DNA of 64,000 bases, from IMG/VR virus record IMGVR_UViG_3300048838_001106, positions 92,270 to 156,269 of that record; one strand, given 5' to 3'. How positions within the stretch are numbered: position 1 is the first letter of the stretch; the number at the start of each line of letters is the position of its first letter. Below are positions 47,772 to 57,645 of this stretch, one piece after another. The DNA is from a virus. The position numbers and the translations under genes are program-made. The notes beneath the pieces are model-generated. The model ran no database searches. It was not told where the DNA came from and worked only from the letters and a program-made list of their open reading frames with translations.

Positions 47772-48985
47772 TATCTGTCTCCGGTAAGCGACTGGTTCAC
47801 CCTGGCCAGGTTCCCCAACGTAGAATAGTCAGGTCCGTTCGCGCTCATAAGCGCCTCTCGAAGATAGTTTTTCACCGCAAACTCATCAGTAGCGACGTCT
47901 GGCGCGAAGCGTGTCATGGAGCCGTAGGCTTTGATGAGCAGAGCCTTGTCTGCTTCGGTAGCCTGGCTCAGCATGGGGTCGTTGGCCATAACACGTGAAA
48001 ACACTGCTGACTGGGTGAACGTAAGCGCCGCATTGCCAGCAGCATGTCCTGCGCTGCCGATTGCATTACCTACCATTTCACTCACAACTTTGCCAAGACC
48101 TCCACTGCTGCTTCGAACAAACCCAGTCAGGGCCTCATCTTGCAACTTGGTTCGGTCATCGGAGTCTGTTAACCCTTTCTGAATCTTGTAACCCCACACG
48201 TCTGCAGTCGGAGCCATCAGGTCTGCTGTGCCTGCTAGGGCTAGCATAGCCGCACCACCTCCGTACAGATTTCGCTTGTTTAGCTCACTCACTCGCTGAT
48301 AAATTCTACCATCGTTGAGGTTCATGTGTACGTCGTCACCGTGAGCTCGTCGCGCCATATCTAGCAGCTCTTGCCCTTTGTATGCGTTTTCTCCCGGCTT
48401 TAGCTGTCCCAAAAATTTGGGTGCTTGAGCATTAACAGCGTCCGTGATGTCCGCGTCACGCGTCGTCATCATCATTCTCTTGAGAAGGTCGGAGATTGGT
48501 TCCATGCCTCCGCCGACCGCGCGCCCTGCGCCACCAGAAAACAGGCCAGCATGCTTCGAGAAGCTTCTCATATTATTTGTCATCGCAGATTCTCCAGCTG
48601 ACTGTGCATGCGCAGCATGTCGCATAAAGTCTTGTCGTCTGTCGTAGTTTGTAGTGTTGGCCAGGAACGCAACGCCTGGCAGCGTAAAAGATAACAAGCT
48701 TAGGGGTTTAGTGGCTACATTTATGAGCGGATTGGCGACATATTTTTGCAACACCGGTATCTTCCTGGACGGGTCCAGGAAAGCTTCTCCTGCATTACCA
48801 ACCGTGCGGAGGGCTGCGTCGACAGCGGGCAACGCGGCTTCTGCGACATCACCTGCTGCCGCACCGCCGTGCAGCATCGACTTCAGCATGGCGCGATATG
48901 CTACGCCAGAAATACCGCGCCCCTCCATAACAGGACCGATGTCCTGTCTTGCACTGTCCCTCAGCATCTTTCCAAAAGCGCTCAT
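47771..48985 (-). CDS. KxA inner-head protein
   Basis: ATGA overlap at 48982-48985; FSKHAG; hydrophobic segments. Confidence 0.65.
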   Translation of the reverse strand: MSAFGKMLRDSARQDIGPVMEGRGISGVAYRAMLKSMLHGGAAAGDVAEAALPAVDAALRTVGNAGEAFLDPSRKIPVLQKYVANPLINVATKPLSLLSFTLPGVAFLANTTNYDRRQDFMRHAAHAQSAGESAMTNNMRSFSKHAGLFSGGAGRAVGGGMEPISDLLKRMMMTTRDADITDAVNAQAPKFLGQLKPGENAYKGQELLDMARRAHGDDVHMNLNDGRIYQRVSELNKRNLYGGGAAMLALAGTADLMAPTADVWGYKIQKGLTDSDDRTKLQDEALTGFVRSSSGGLGKVVSEMVGNAIGSAGHAAGNAALTFTQSAVFSRVMANDPMLSQATEADKALLIKAYGSMTRFAPDVATDEFAVKNYLREALMSANGPDYSTLGNLARVNQSLTGDR

Positions 48986-49782
48986 TGAACTCGCACCTTC
49001 TGTGCATTGTCGTGAAACCATTGTACAGCAGCGGCAGCTGTCTTAGCCACCTTGCGGGCGTCAATTGCGGCGTTGACCAGCTCGTGCTCCTTGCGCAAAA
49101 TTACATGTTTTACCGAAGCTGTTTTTGTAGTGACCGAATCACCGAACACGTCTTGGAGAACGGGCAGTGCGTCTACACCACGAAGAGCCAGCATATCTGA
49201 CTGCACTTCATCTGCTGGTGCGGCGTCGATGAATGACATTGCATGCTTTACTGCAGCAACTTTCTCTTGATAGCCGATGTAAGCAATCTGAAGTTGTGTG
49301 TGCAGCTCGTCTTCGACCCGTTGCGCGTGATCTATAGCGTAGTGCGCACGCACGCCTGCGTACTTGTCCTGTACGGGGTCTGCCATAGCCACTTTCTCCA
49401 AGGCAGTGTCTGACAGTTCTCTGGCGCGTTCTTTAACGAACTCCCATCGCTCGTCTGGAAGTTCCAGGCGAAGGTCGTAGGATGCTAATTTTTCCTCACC
49501 CTCAGTGTTCAGAGCCCTCGACGGGTCGGCGAATAGCGTGTCACACACGTGCTCAGGGTCCACAATGTCGAACTCTACATACTTGTGCTCAGCCATCTTG
49601 CTGAACAAGGTCAAGTGCGCAGTCACATTGGTAGCCTCCACCAGCCTGCGCGTTTCGTTTACATTCAGCCCAGACTCTTGCGCCATCTTGATAACGCTTT
49701 TCTCCAGCGGAATGCTGGACGACACGAAGTCAGCCACTACGGCTTCGGCAAGTTTTTGATAGTCGCGATCGCTGTAGCTCAT
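48982..49782 (-). CDS. KxA-rich inner-head protein
   Basis: QKLA, IKMA, SKMA, EKLA, EKVA x2, TKTA, AKTA. Confidence 0.65.
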   Translation of the reverse strand: MSYSDRDYQKLAEAVVADFVSSSIPLEKSVIKMAQESGLNVNETRRLVEATNVTAHLTLFSKMAEHKYVEFDIVDPEHVCDTLFADPSRALNTEGEEKLASYDLRLELPDERWEFVKERARELSDTALEKVAMADPVQDKYAGVRAHYAIDHAQRVEDELHTQLQIAYIGYQEKVAAVKHAMSFIDAAPADEVQSDMLALRGVDALPVLQDVFGDSVTTKTASVKHVILRKEHELVNAAIDARKVAKTAAAAVQWFHDNAQKVRVQ

Positions 49783-49798
49783 ACAAAGCCTCTAATGG

Positions 49799-50512
49799 TC
49801 ATTCTTCTGGTGTACAAATCAAGTCGGCAGGGTCAACTTCGGCCGATGTCGGCTTGTCCTGCACAAGCTTTAGCTTAATACGCAATTCATTCACATCGCC
49901 TCGTATACTATCACGTATTTCTGGCAGTGCACGTATCGTATTAACAAGATTTGCGCTCCACTGTCGCGCCTCTTTCGCAGCAGCACCAGTGCGTTGAGAA
50001 GTGTACGCGATCTTAGAAAATACGAAAGACTGCGATATTACGTCTTCAAGAATGTCTACGTGTGGCAGCTTGTATGAGCCTTTGCCGTACGTAGCACACA
50101 GGTAATTCAGTCCAAGATCGACTGCGGCGCACTTTAGCTGCTTGCCGAATCCGTCATCATGAAACTCCGGGTATCGACGAGCATACGCCTCCACATCCAA
50201 CCTATTCCTGAAAACGTCTATGTCAAAGTAGACGCGGCTGTACACATCTGTGACTTCGGTCGGTATCCCCAATACATCATTGATTACCGTAGGCGAAGCG
50301 CCAGCCAGCAAGAATGCCTCTATGACCTCTCGCTGCCACTTGTCGCTGAACAGGGTGTGTGCATATCTAACTTCAGGCGGAGTGGTCTTCGATCCGCGCA
50401 AGTAGTCCGCCACGCTTCGAATCAATACATCGCTCGACGTGTTTGGCGCGCCGAGGTCTTCTCGGAGCAGCGCTTGGATGTGGTGGTCTGGCGGTTCGAA
50501 TTTCCATCGCAC
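49799..50512 (-). CDS. hypothetical protein
   Basis: 237 aa helical ORF in the head operon. Confidence 0.6.
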   Translation of the reverse strand: MRWKFEPPDHHIQALLREDLGAPNTSSDVLIRSVADYLRGSKTTPPEVRYAHTLFSDKWQREVIEAFLLAGASPTVINDVLGIPTEVTDVYSRVYFDIDVFRNRLDVEAYARRYPEFHDDGFGKQLKCAAVDLGLNYLCATYGKGSYKLPHVDILEDVISQSFVFSKIAYTSQRTGAAAKEARQWSANLVNTIRALPEIRDSIRGDVNELRIKLKLVQDKPTSAEVDPADLICTPEE

Positions 50513-50519
50513 AGCAGGC

Positions 50520-53027
50520 TCACTCGTCTTGAGGCATAGACATACTATTGAGGGATGTTATCGCAGAGCCCATGTCGTGAAACAGTGACTCTAGCTTATC
50601 CCTAATCTCCGAATAGGATCGGTCACCAATCTGCTGCCGAAGTGGTGCTGACTTCATGCGAACTTCCGTGAGCATTCGTCCTACACCATCAAGGGCATCT
50701 CGCAGGGCTGGGGTGTATGTGGACACCGATTGGTCTACGCTGCCGTTAGACGCCATTGAGGCGATAGCAGACGCGTCGAACAACTCAGGGTCCTCCAGTT
50801 CCATGGCGGACTCCATCATGCCAGGCTCCTCTACAGGCATACCGCCAGACATATCCTGCGGCGCGCCGCCCATGCTGGGGTCCATCATGCTGGGGTCCAT
50901 CATCATTTCCATAGGAACAGGCGCGATGGACGGCGGCATTACACCCATTTCAGCAGCGATTTCATGTGCACGCTGGGTCACGGCGTTGATAGCTCCCATC
51001 TGCGTCTGCAGATTCTGCATCTGCATCTGCATCTGCATCTGAATCTGCTCATTCTGCTCCATCAAAGAGTTGGCCACTTCCTGCGCCGCCAGCTCTACCG
51101 GTGATGGAGGTGGCGGCCCCATCATGCTTGGCCCCATCATGCTTGGGTCCATCATGCTTGGGTCCATCATTGACGGATCTTGCATGCTTGGGTCCATCAT
51201 TGACGGATCTTGCATGCTTGGGTCCATCATTGACGGGTCTTGCATGCTTGGGTCCATCATTGACGGGTCTTGCATTTGCGCATTTGGGTTGGCCATCTTA
51301 ACAAGGACCGCTGCTGTTTTCCTATTACGAGGGTCCACTAGGAAGTACTCTGCGACCGACCCTTGCCGAGCAGAAGCCTCCTTTATTGCGGACTCGGCAT
51401 CTCCTACGCGAACGCCGTAAGACGCTGCCAGATGCATAGGCGCAGACGCTCCGCAATGCAGCGCGCCGTTGATGTAGTAGTCGCCAAATCCTGCGCTCTT
51501 AATCTGTATGCGCTCTGCACCGCTGCCACTCAGTGAGTGAAAGAACATCGCGGTTACTGCACGCGAGTCGCGCAAAATCTCGTGATGGTCAATGAACTCT
51601 GTCACCGGCTGAAAAGCCCACGTGTGAGGAATTATGACCTTGAGCACAGCCTCACCCGATCGGTCTGCCGTAGCTGCTCGCTCACGCATCGTCTTGAAGC
51701 CGCTGGTACCGTCAACGATACGTCCGCGTTCATATGACGTGCTGGCCTGTATAATTTTGGGCTCGTTTACAGGACTATCTGGAATCTGGATTAGCCCAAC
51801 AGGCGTGCCATCTATCAGCGTGCCTCGGACATTTCGCGCGCCATTCGCATTGTAAACAGTGTCGATTTTGACAGGCTCGAATGCGTGCACACTAGAGCTG
51901 TTCATGCTTGCGAATACCCCTCGCTGCCCATTGCGTGGCGTGCCAGCAAGCGGCTTTGTGAACATCTCTGTGAGCGCCGTTGGCACATCCTGAAACCCGA
52001 TGGGTGTAACCACAAAGGATTCAATCATGAACGCCAAACCTCCGTCGGCGAACAGTATTACATGGCCACGCTGTGTTCGAGTCTTCTCCCATTTGTACGC
52101 TGGACGAGGCCGCGTGTCTGGCGCATCCTGGCTGGCACGCATCACATCTGTAATGATAAACGCCGGTTTCTTTTCACCGTCTGCCATGTAGACATAGTAG
52201 AATCCTGGAGCTGTGGGCTCAAACAGCTGGATAGGGTGCTCCGTGCTGACCATAATGGGAGCGAAGCGCCGGTCGTCTCTAGCAGCGTATCCTTTTGAAG
52301 TGATGTCTTTGAATGCGGTAGGAGTGTCCGCGCCAAACATAGATTTCAAGACGGTCACAGGCGTTTCAGCCGTGGCGAAAGACAAACTTCCATCGAGATT
52401 AGACGCCCTTTTGGTTCGAGGCTGTGTGTGCAGCGCCTCGTGCAAATCGTTTACGTCGTAAACGCTGAATGCGTACTGCGCGATCTTCGGATACTTAGCC
52501 AGGGTGGCCAGGAATGCGGTTTTCACTCGATGCGGCGCCCCTGCAAGGTATGCAGGCAAAAGCCGGCCGTTGGACGCGTACGAGTATCGGCCCGTAGTAG
52601 GGGGCACAACGATGTTGCGTATGTCCACGTCACTCTGCGAAAACTCTGGCGGGGCTGCACTGTCTCCAATATTGGAGGTGTCCATTCGATCGAGCTCCAC
52701 TAACCAGTCTTCGGTTAGCGGCAGCATCATGTCCAGGCTCCGCACGTACATCGTGTCGAACGGCATCAACTCATTATCAGTCAGGACAACGGGTACGTGC
52801 ACCTCGTCATCCCCGCGCATGATAATGATGCTGCCTGTAGCTGTGTTGCTCTGCGGATCGGCTTCTAGAATTTTGAAAGAGGCCACCTGCTCAGCAAGCT
52901 CTGGCTTCCTTGACAGAAATTGATTCAGCGCCATGTCTTGGAAAGCGCTTTCGAACAGCTCAGTAGGAGTGGCATTGCCATTCGCACCGGGAGCTTCCAT
53001 GAGAGATTGAGTACGGGGTGAAAGCAC
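50520..53027 (-). CDS. large KxA head-associated protein with Met-rich repeats
   Basis: 835 aa; VKTA, TKRA, IKSA, RKTA, VKMA; (MMDPSMQDPS)n. Confidence 0.7.
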   Translation of the reverse strand: MLSPRTQSLMEAPGANGNATPTELFESAFQDMALNQFLSRKPELAEQVASFKILEADPQSNTATGSIIIMRGDDEVHVPVVLTDNELMPFDTMYVRSLDMMLPLTEDWLVELDRMDTSNIGDSAAPPEFSQSDVDIRNIVVPPTTGRYSYASNGRLLPAYLAGAPHRVKTAFLATLAKYPKIAQYAFSVYDVNDLHEALHTQPRTKRASNLDGSLSFATAETPVTVLKSMFGADTPTAFKDITSKGYAARDDRRFAPIMVSTEHPIQLFEPTAPGFYYVYMADGEKKPAFIITDVMRASQDAPDTRPRPAYKWEKTRTQRGHVILFADGGLAFMIESFVVTPIGFQDVPTALTEMFTKPLAGTPRNGQRGVFASMNSSSVHAFEPVKIDTVYNANGARNVRGTLIDGTPVGLIQIPDSPVNEPKIIQASTSYERGRIVDGTSGFKTMRERAATADRSGEAVLKVIIPHTWAFQPVTEFIDHHEILRDSRAVTAMFFHSLSGSGAERIQIKSAGFGDYYINGALHCGASAPMHLAASYGVRVGDAESAIKEASARQGSVAEYFLVDPRNRKTAAVLVKMANPNAQMQDPSMMDPSMQDPSMMDPSMQDPSMMDPSMQDPSMMDPSMMDPSMMGPSMMGPPPPSPVELAAQEVANSLMEQNEQIQMQMQMQMQNLQTQMGAINAVTQRAHEIAAEMGVMPPSIAPVPMEMMMDPSMMDPSMGGAPQDMSGGMPVEEPGMMESAMELEDPELFDASAIASMASNGSVDQSVSTYTPALRDALDGVGRMLTEVRMKSAPLRQQIGDRSYSEIRDKLESLFHDMGSAITSLNSMSMPQDE
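51120..51275 (-). repeat. 15/30-bp tandem repeat encoding MDPSM/QDPSM
   Basis: CATGCTTGGGTCCATCATTGACGGRTCTTG units visible. Confidence 0.85.
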
Positions 53028-53038
53028 GGTGGTCCTCT

Positions 53039-53560
53039 TTATCGTAGCATTCGCGCCAGGGAGCGCAGCGTTGGTATCGACTGAATTAGAGCCTCTTGTC
53101 CAAGTTCTCCAGCAGCCATCATAGCCGCCTCTCGGCGTTTGTTGGGGTCGGCGCCTACAACATTGTCAATGCCGCGTGTTGTGACGTCGGCTACGACTGG
53201 CGCGGCTGACATTCGCTGTAGGATATCCATAATTGCGAGTAGGTCATCTCTCTTTGCCTGGTCCTCAATAAACACTTGTGCGCCAAGAGTTACCGGGAGT
53301 TGTGACATCGCCACTGCTCGATTGAGCTCTCGGATAATGCGCAGCAGGCGCTGAGATTGTGTTACAGGGGTAGCGTCGACCGACGCCACCGGGTCTGGAG
53401 ACCGCAGTGCAGGCATGGCCCTTGGAGTTCCATAGCGGATGGACTCAACCAGGAACTCTAAGGGAATGCTAGACAAAGACGGGTCTTGACGCAGCAAGTC
53501 GCCTATGATGGCCGCTTCCTGCGGAGTGACGTCTCCGGATGCTGGGCCACCGATAGACAT
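53039..53560 (-). CDS. hypothetical protein
   Basis: 173 aa ORF tiling the operon. Confidence 0.55.
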   Translation of the reverse strand: MSIGGPASGDVTPQEAAIIGDLLRQDPSLSSIPLEFLVESIRYGTPRAMPALRSPDPVASVDATPVTQSQRLLRIIRELNRAVAMSQLPVTLGAQVFIEDQAKRDDLLAIMDILQRMSAAPVVADVTTRGIDNVVGADPNKRREAAMMAAGELGQEALIQSIPTLRSLARMLR

Positions 53561-53563
53561 AGC

Positions 53564-54625
53564 TTATCGCCTGTGAAGGTTGGACAGGTTGCCGAGCACG
53601 GAACTTACCGACTGTTGTGGAGGCGCATAAGCGTGAGCCACTTTCTGCAGGAAGTTTCCAAGCTCGTGAGGCTCGAGCGACATGCAATGCTTGACGGCAG
53701 CTACCTTCTGATCCATCGGCATGGTTTCAGGGAGATAGGGCCCGACATCCTCCGCGGTCTGATTAAACCGGTCATTCCATCGAGCGGAGGCGCTCTTCGT
53801 TGCTTCAACTATAGAGTTAGAGCTGGCACCGCCAACACCTGTCGGGGCAAGTGGGTGTGGCTGCTCTGTGCCAATTCGGGACGCCTGCGGCTCTTTGATA
53901 TTGGCATTCCCCTGTCCGACCACTGCGTAGCCTTCTGGGCGATGCGCATCAAGTACAGCGGCAGCATCCTGGCTTCCTGCTACTGTGTTAGGAGGCGTCT
54001 CGCCAGCGCCTGTGATGACAGGGTTCTCAGCAAGTTTGTTCAACAACCTGTTGAAAGCAGCGGACTTGGAAGCCTCGACCACCGAGTTAGTTGCCGCACC
54101 ACCTACGCCTGTTGGAGCAAGTGGGTGTGGCTGTTCGGTTCCAATGCGCGCAGCTTGTGGCTCTTTGAAGTTAGCATTTCCCTGTCCGACCACTGCGTAG
54201 CCTTCTGGGCGATGCGCATCAAGTACAGCGGCAGCATCCGGGCTGGCACTCAACGTATTTGGTGTTACAGACCCGCCGGTGCCCTGCACGAGGCCTCCGC
54301 CAGCAGATTCCATGGCAAGTTTGTAGGTGAGGTGCACCAAGTCACCGTACGCATCTGAGATAGAACCCGAGATGGAAGCACCACGAGCGTTTGACGCAAA
54401 CTTGCCAGTAGCGCGCAATCGCTGGTCATAGTCTTGAATGGCGGCTGCGATCTTGATGCACTCGTCATGCGGCACAGCCTGTGATGCCGGCTCGGATTGC
54501 AGAGTCCCCGCAGCATAGGCACACGCTTCTTTAAGCAAGCCTGCTGTTGGGATGTTGGTAATGCCGGCTTGTTGCAGGTATTCACCCACACCGCGTGCGT
54601 ATGCTTGTCGGGTAACGTTTGACAT
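53564..54625 (-). CDS. KxA protein with leader-like N-terminus and internal duplication
   Basis: YARGVGEYLQQAG; LKEA, IKIA, YKLA, NKLA, QKVA; duplicated DAAAVLDAHRPEGYAVVGQGNAN..EPQA.RIGTEQPHPLAPTGVGG; promoter TTGACC-N16-TAAACT (54674-54701). Confidence 0.7.
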   Translation of the reverse strand: MSNVTRQAYARGVGEYLQQAGITNIPTAGLLKEACAYAAGTLQSEPASQAVPHDECIKIAAAIQDYDQRLRATGKFASNARGASISGSISDAYGDLVHLTYKLAMESAGGGLVQGTGGSVTPNTLSASPDAAAVLDAHRPEGYAVVGQGNANFKEPQAARIGTEQPHPLAPTGVGGAATNSVVEASKSAAFNRLLNKLAENPVITGAGETPPNTVAGSQDAAAVLDAHRPEGYAVVGQGNANIKEPQASRIGTEQPHPLAPTGVGGASSNSIVEATKSASARWNDRFNQTAEDVGPYLPETMPMDQKVAAVKHCMSLEPHELGNFLQKVAHAYAPPQQSVSSVLGNLSNLHRR

Positions 54626-54713
54626 TCTTCCTTCTCCTGTTTTGGTGTCACACACCTTTTGTACATGCACCGTAGTTTATGTGCAACTGTTGTTTGGTCA
54701 AGCTATAATTGGT

Positions 54714-57641
54714 CTAGCCGTAGTGCTGCGTTGGCGGGCGGCCGTAGCCTGACTGTTGTTGCTGTTGCTGCTGATAGTATCTGTGCTTTGCCGCTTCGGC
54801 TGCGCGCGCCGCATTGCTATAATATTGCATGTACTTGTAATTGTCCAAGCTGGAGTTAGCCGCGTTGTGTAAGCGCGCACCAACTGGAGCTGGACTGGCC
54901 GGCACGTAGTCTGGGTCTAGCTTTTCTCCGATCGCCCTGCCAGCACCTATGACAGGAGTGGCAATAGCCCAGCCGCCAAGGAAGCCCGCGGGACTCCCGA
55001 GGCCCCAGCCAGCTGTCTCACCAATGGCAGATCCGACGTTTCCAAGACGGGACTCGCCCTCGCCAGCAGGTGTTGTCGCAGCGGTGTACACCGATGCCGC
55101 AGGCAATCCGATGGTGAAAGACTTCTGCAGAGCCTCACTGCCGACCGCAGCGCCTAGTCCCATGTACCTCTCACCTGTGGTGTTAGCATGCACCCTGTAT
55201 TTCTTGCCGTTACGCTCTACGACTTTCGTTTTGTTGAACTCACGCCACGCGCGGGCTGTATCTGGATCTACCGCAAAGTCTCCAGTCAAAAGACCTCCCT
55301 TGCCTATAACGCCACCATGCTGATAACGCTGCTTCAGGACCTGCAGAGGCGACTGTCCGATGGACATATCCTGGAATACACCTTTTCCAATTCGATACCC
55401 TGTAGTGTTCTTGTCGTTCCACGCCTTGAACTTCTCTGGTGTGATGTGCTGAGACAGCCCTGGTATGTGCGCATCCAAAGCTGCAGCATCGTACTTGTGG
55501 TCCGGCGTAGGGACACCCTGCAAGGAGTTGCTCATCCTGTCCCACAAACCGGGCTTCCGCATGCCTTGAATGCTTTTCAGTGCGTTGGCGCCCTCATCTG
55601 TGACAACGCCTCCCCGCGTCACACCAGCCGATTCCCAGTCCACGCCTCCCATACCCTTGCCCATACGGCGAGCAAGGTGTGCTGATTGGTCGATGCCGCC
55701 CTGGGTCCAGCCCTTAGTTGAGATGTGTTTTAGAGGAGCGCTGTCTAACGCGCCGGGTGCGCCAAACAGAAATTTCTTAGCCATAGGTATTAACTTGCCA
55801 GCGGACGCCAGCTTTTCCAGCGCTGACTCGTACTCATCTTGCGCACTGGCATACTTGCCGTCTTGTCCTGTACCGAATGGCGTACCCATAGCAAACGCCG
55901 GCACAGGACTGGTAGACGCCACATTTGTCGTGTGTCCAAAGCCGGCTCCATCTACAAGTGTCTTTCGAAGATACCGATGCGACAATCGAGACATCCAATC
56001 GTCACTCAATAGCGGCGTTTGGATGATGGACTTCATAATGGGTTCGAACTCTGGCGACTTTGTGGACACCTCAATATCTTTGATTCCTGCTTTTTCCAGG
56101 TCTTCTATAACTCTGGATGTGACGCGCGTGCCCACGGAGTAATGCATCGCCGGCGCACCGAGAATCATGTTCTTAGCTTTGGACACCGGCACGCGCTCTG
56201 TATGCTTGCCAAACGCTTTCTGCATGTCTTTGAAAGCCACCACGTCGCCGCGGATGAACGTGTTTGTTGGGTCCTTGTCCACACGTACATAGTTCATCGA
56301 GCTGCGCGCCAGCAGTTCTGCGTGACGTCTGTCCAGATCCACGCCCTGGCGACCGTACAGATCTGATATTGAGTCGGCCATGTACTGTCGTCCGGCGCCG
56401 ACACCCTTCAATCTGACCACATCATTGGGCATTGGGGTGCCATCAGACAGTGCATCCCCCGCCTCAACTCGGTCGTTGACCTTCACGATTGGTTGCAGGC
56501 CTGGCGGAACGTAGTAGTTCTTTGCGTCTACTTTGATGTTCCACCCGCCTTGCGGTGCTTTTGTCACGCTAGATACCGTGCCATCCATTTCCGAAATGGA
56601 GGCCTTGTCCATAAATGACTTTGGAACCTCGGTCAGCGTTCTAAAACCATCTAGGCCGCTCAGAGCACGGCTCTTGCCACCGGCCATGCGTACGCCGTGC
56701 TTTGCGTTTAGAGCGAACTGCGTGAGCGGCTCGGTCAACGCCTGCGCAGACCTGACGCCTACGTTTGACCCTATGGGATATGGATTGCCCCACTCGTTTA
56801 GTCCCATGCATTTCTGACATATGCCGTCGTCTGCTTCGCATGTTGCTGGGCTTCGGACCATAATGCGGTACAGTTTCGATTTTTTAAGATCCGACAACAC
56901 GTGTGGCGTTATCAGGTCGCCAGCCATGTGAGATGCTTCAGCTCTAGCTAGATACCGGTCCACAGCCTGGGCACCAATGGGCAGCATGATTCCGCCTCTG
57001 GTTTTGCAGTCTGGGATGGTGATGACCAAATTTTCCATGTTTGACACGACGACTTTGGCCACAGCACCGGGCTCAACAACGCTGCCCGTCGAAGCGATAG
57101 CGTTGCGACGAGACTCGGCACCAGTTACCCACGCGTCGGCTGCGCTTAGCCCCTGGGAGTAAGACTTGGTAATCAACCACGGCACCTCCTGGCCGTCGGT
57201 TGACGACGCTACAACCGGAGACGCCACTGTTTTCATCAGCTGCGCCATTGAACCGCGCCCACCAGAGCGTGCCATCAGGGTCATGTCAGACTTATGGTGC
57301 GGCACGGTTGCCAAAACCTTGTCCTGGGTCTCCAGCAGAATCTTTCTCTTGTCGGCATCCGTCGTTGCTTTTTTCATCTGCGACAGCGCGCTTTTCAGGA
57401 TTGGATCACGCCTGGCGTAATCCGGCGCGATGTCGTCCAGTCCTACACTGATGCCCTCCAGAGTTGAAATATCATCTCCGACTTTTTTAACATCCTGTAT
57501 CGCACGCGCATATCCTTGTGGGTCTTTCTTAGCGTACGCAGACAGTGCCTCGGATAGCGCCTTCTTGGTGACAGGACCTGTTAAGCGCATGTCCCCCGGA
57601 AGAGCGTCGTTGAGCAGCATTTGGCCGAATGTTTCTGTCAT
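54714..57641 (-). CDS. rpoC: RNA polymerase beta'-C subunit with ~380-aa C-terminal extension
   Basis: GISVGLDD, SG.RGS..QL, bridge-helix region, VRSP.TC....ICQKC.G, VG..SAQ...EP.TQ trigger loop, D.RH.EL..R; the homology ends at KYA (~55850). Confidence 0.9.
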   Translation of the reverse strand: MTETFGQMLLNDALPGDMRLTGPVTKKALSEALSAYAKKDPQGYARAIQDVKKVGDDISTLEGISVGLDDIAPDYARRDPILKSALSQMKKATTDADKRKILLETQDKVLATVPHHKSDMTLMARSGGRGSMAQLMKTVASPVVASSTDGQEVPWLITKSYSQGLSAADAWVTGAESRRNAIASTGSVVEPGAVAKVVVSNMENLVITIPDCKTRGGIMLPIGAQAVDRYLARAEASHMAGDLITPHVLSDLKKSKLYRIMVRSPATCEADDGICQKCMGLNEWGNPYPIGSNVGVRSAQALTEPLTQFALNAKHGVRMAGGKSRALSGLDGFRTLTEVPKSFMDKASISEMDGTVSSVTKAPQGGWNIKVDAKNYYVPPGLQPIVKVNDRVEAGDALSDGTPMPNDVVRLKGVGAGRQYMADSISDLYGRQGVDLDRRHAELLARSSMNYVRVDKDPTNTFIRGDVVAFKDMQKAFGKHTERVPVSKAKNMILGAPAMHYSVGTRVTSRVIEDLEKAGIKDIEVSTKSPEFEPIMKSIIQTPLLSDDWMSRLSHRYLRKTLVDGAGFGHTTNVASTSPVPAFAMGTPFGTGQDGKYASAQDEYESALEKLASAGKLIPMAKKFLFGAPGALDSAPLKHISTKGWTQGGIDQSAHLARRMGKGMGGVDWESAGVTRGGVVTDEGANALKSIQGMRKPGLWDRMSNSLQGVPTPDHKYDAAALDAHIPGLSQHITPEKFKAWNDKNTTGYRIGKGVFQDMSIGQSPLQVLKQRYQHGGVIGKGGLLTGDFAVDPDTARAWREFNKTKVVERNGKKYRVHANTTGERYMGLGAAVGSEALQKSFTIGLPAASVYTAATTPAGEGESRLGNVGSAIGETAGWGLGSPAGFLGGWAIATPVIGAGRAIGEKLDPDYVPASPAPVGARLHNAANSSLDNYKYMQYYSNAARAAEAAKHRYYQQQQQQQSGYGRPPTQHYG

Positions 57642-57645
57642 TTAG

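Noticed and set aside
53486-54358. 290-aa + strand ORF and similar long antisense ORFs (25067..25618, 55570..56142)
   Set aside because: They lie fully opposite well-supported - strand genes, have no RBS or motifs, and are explained by repeats and GC-rich codon usage.
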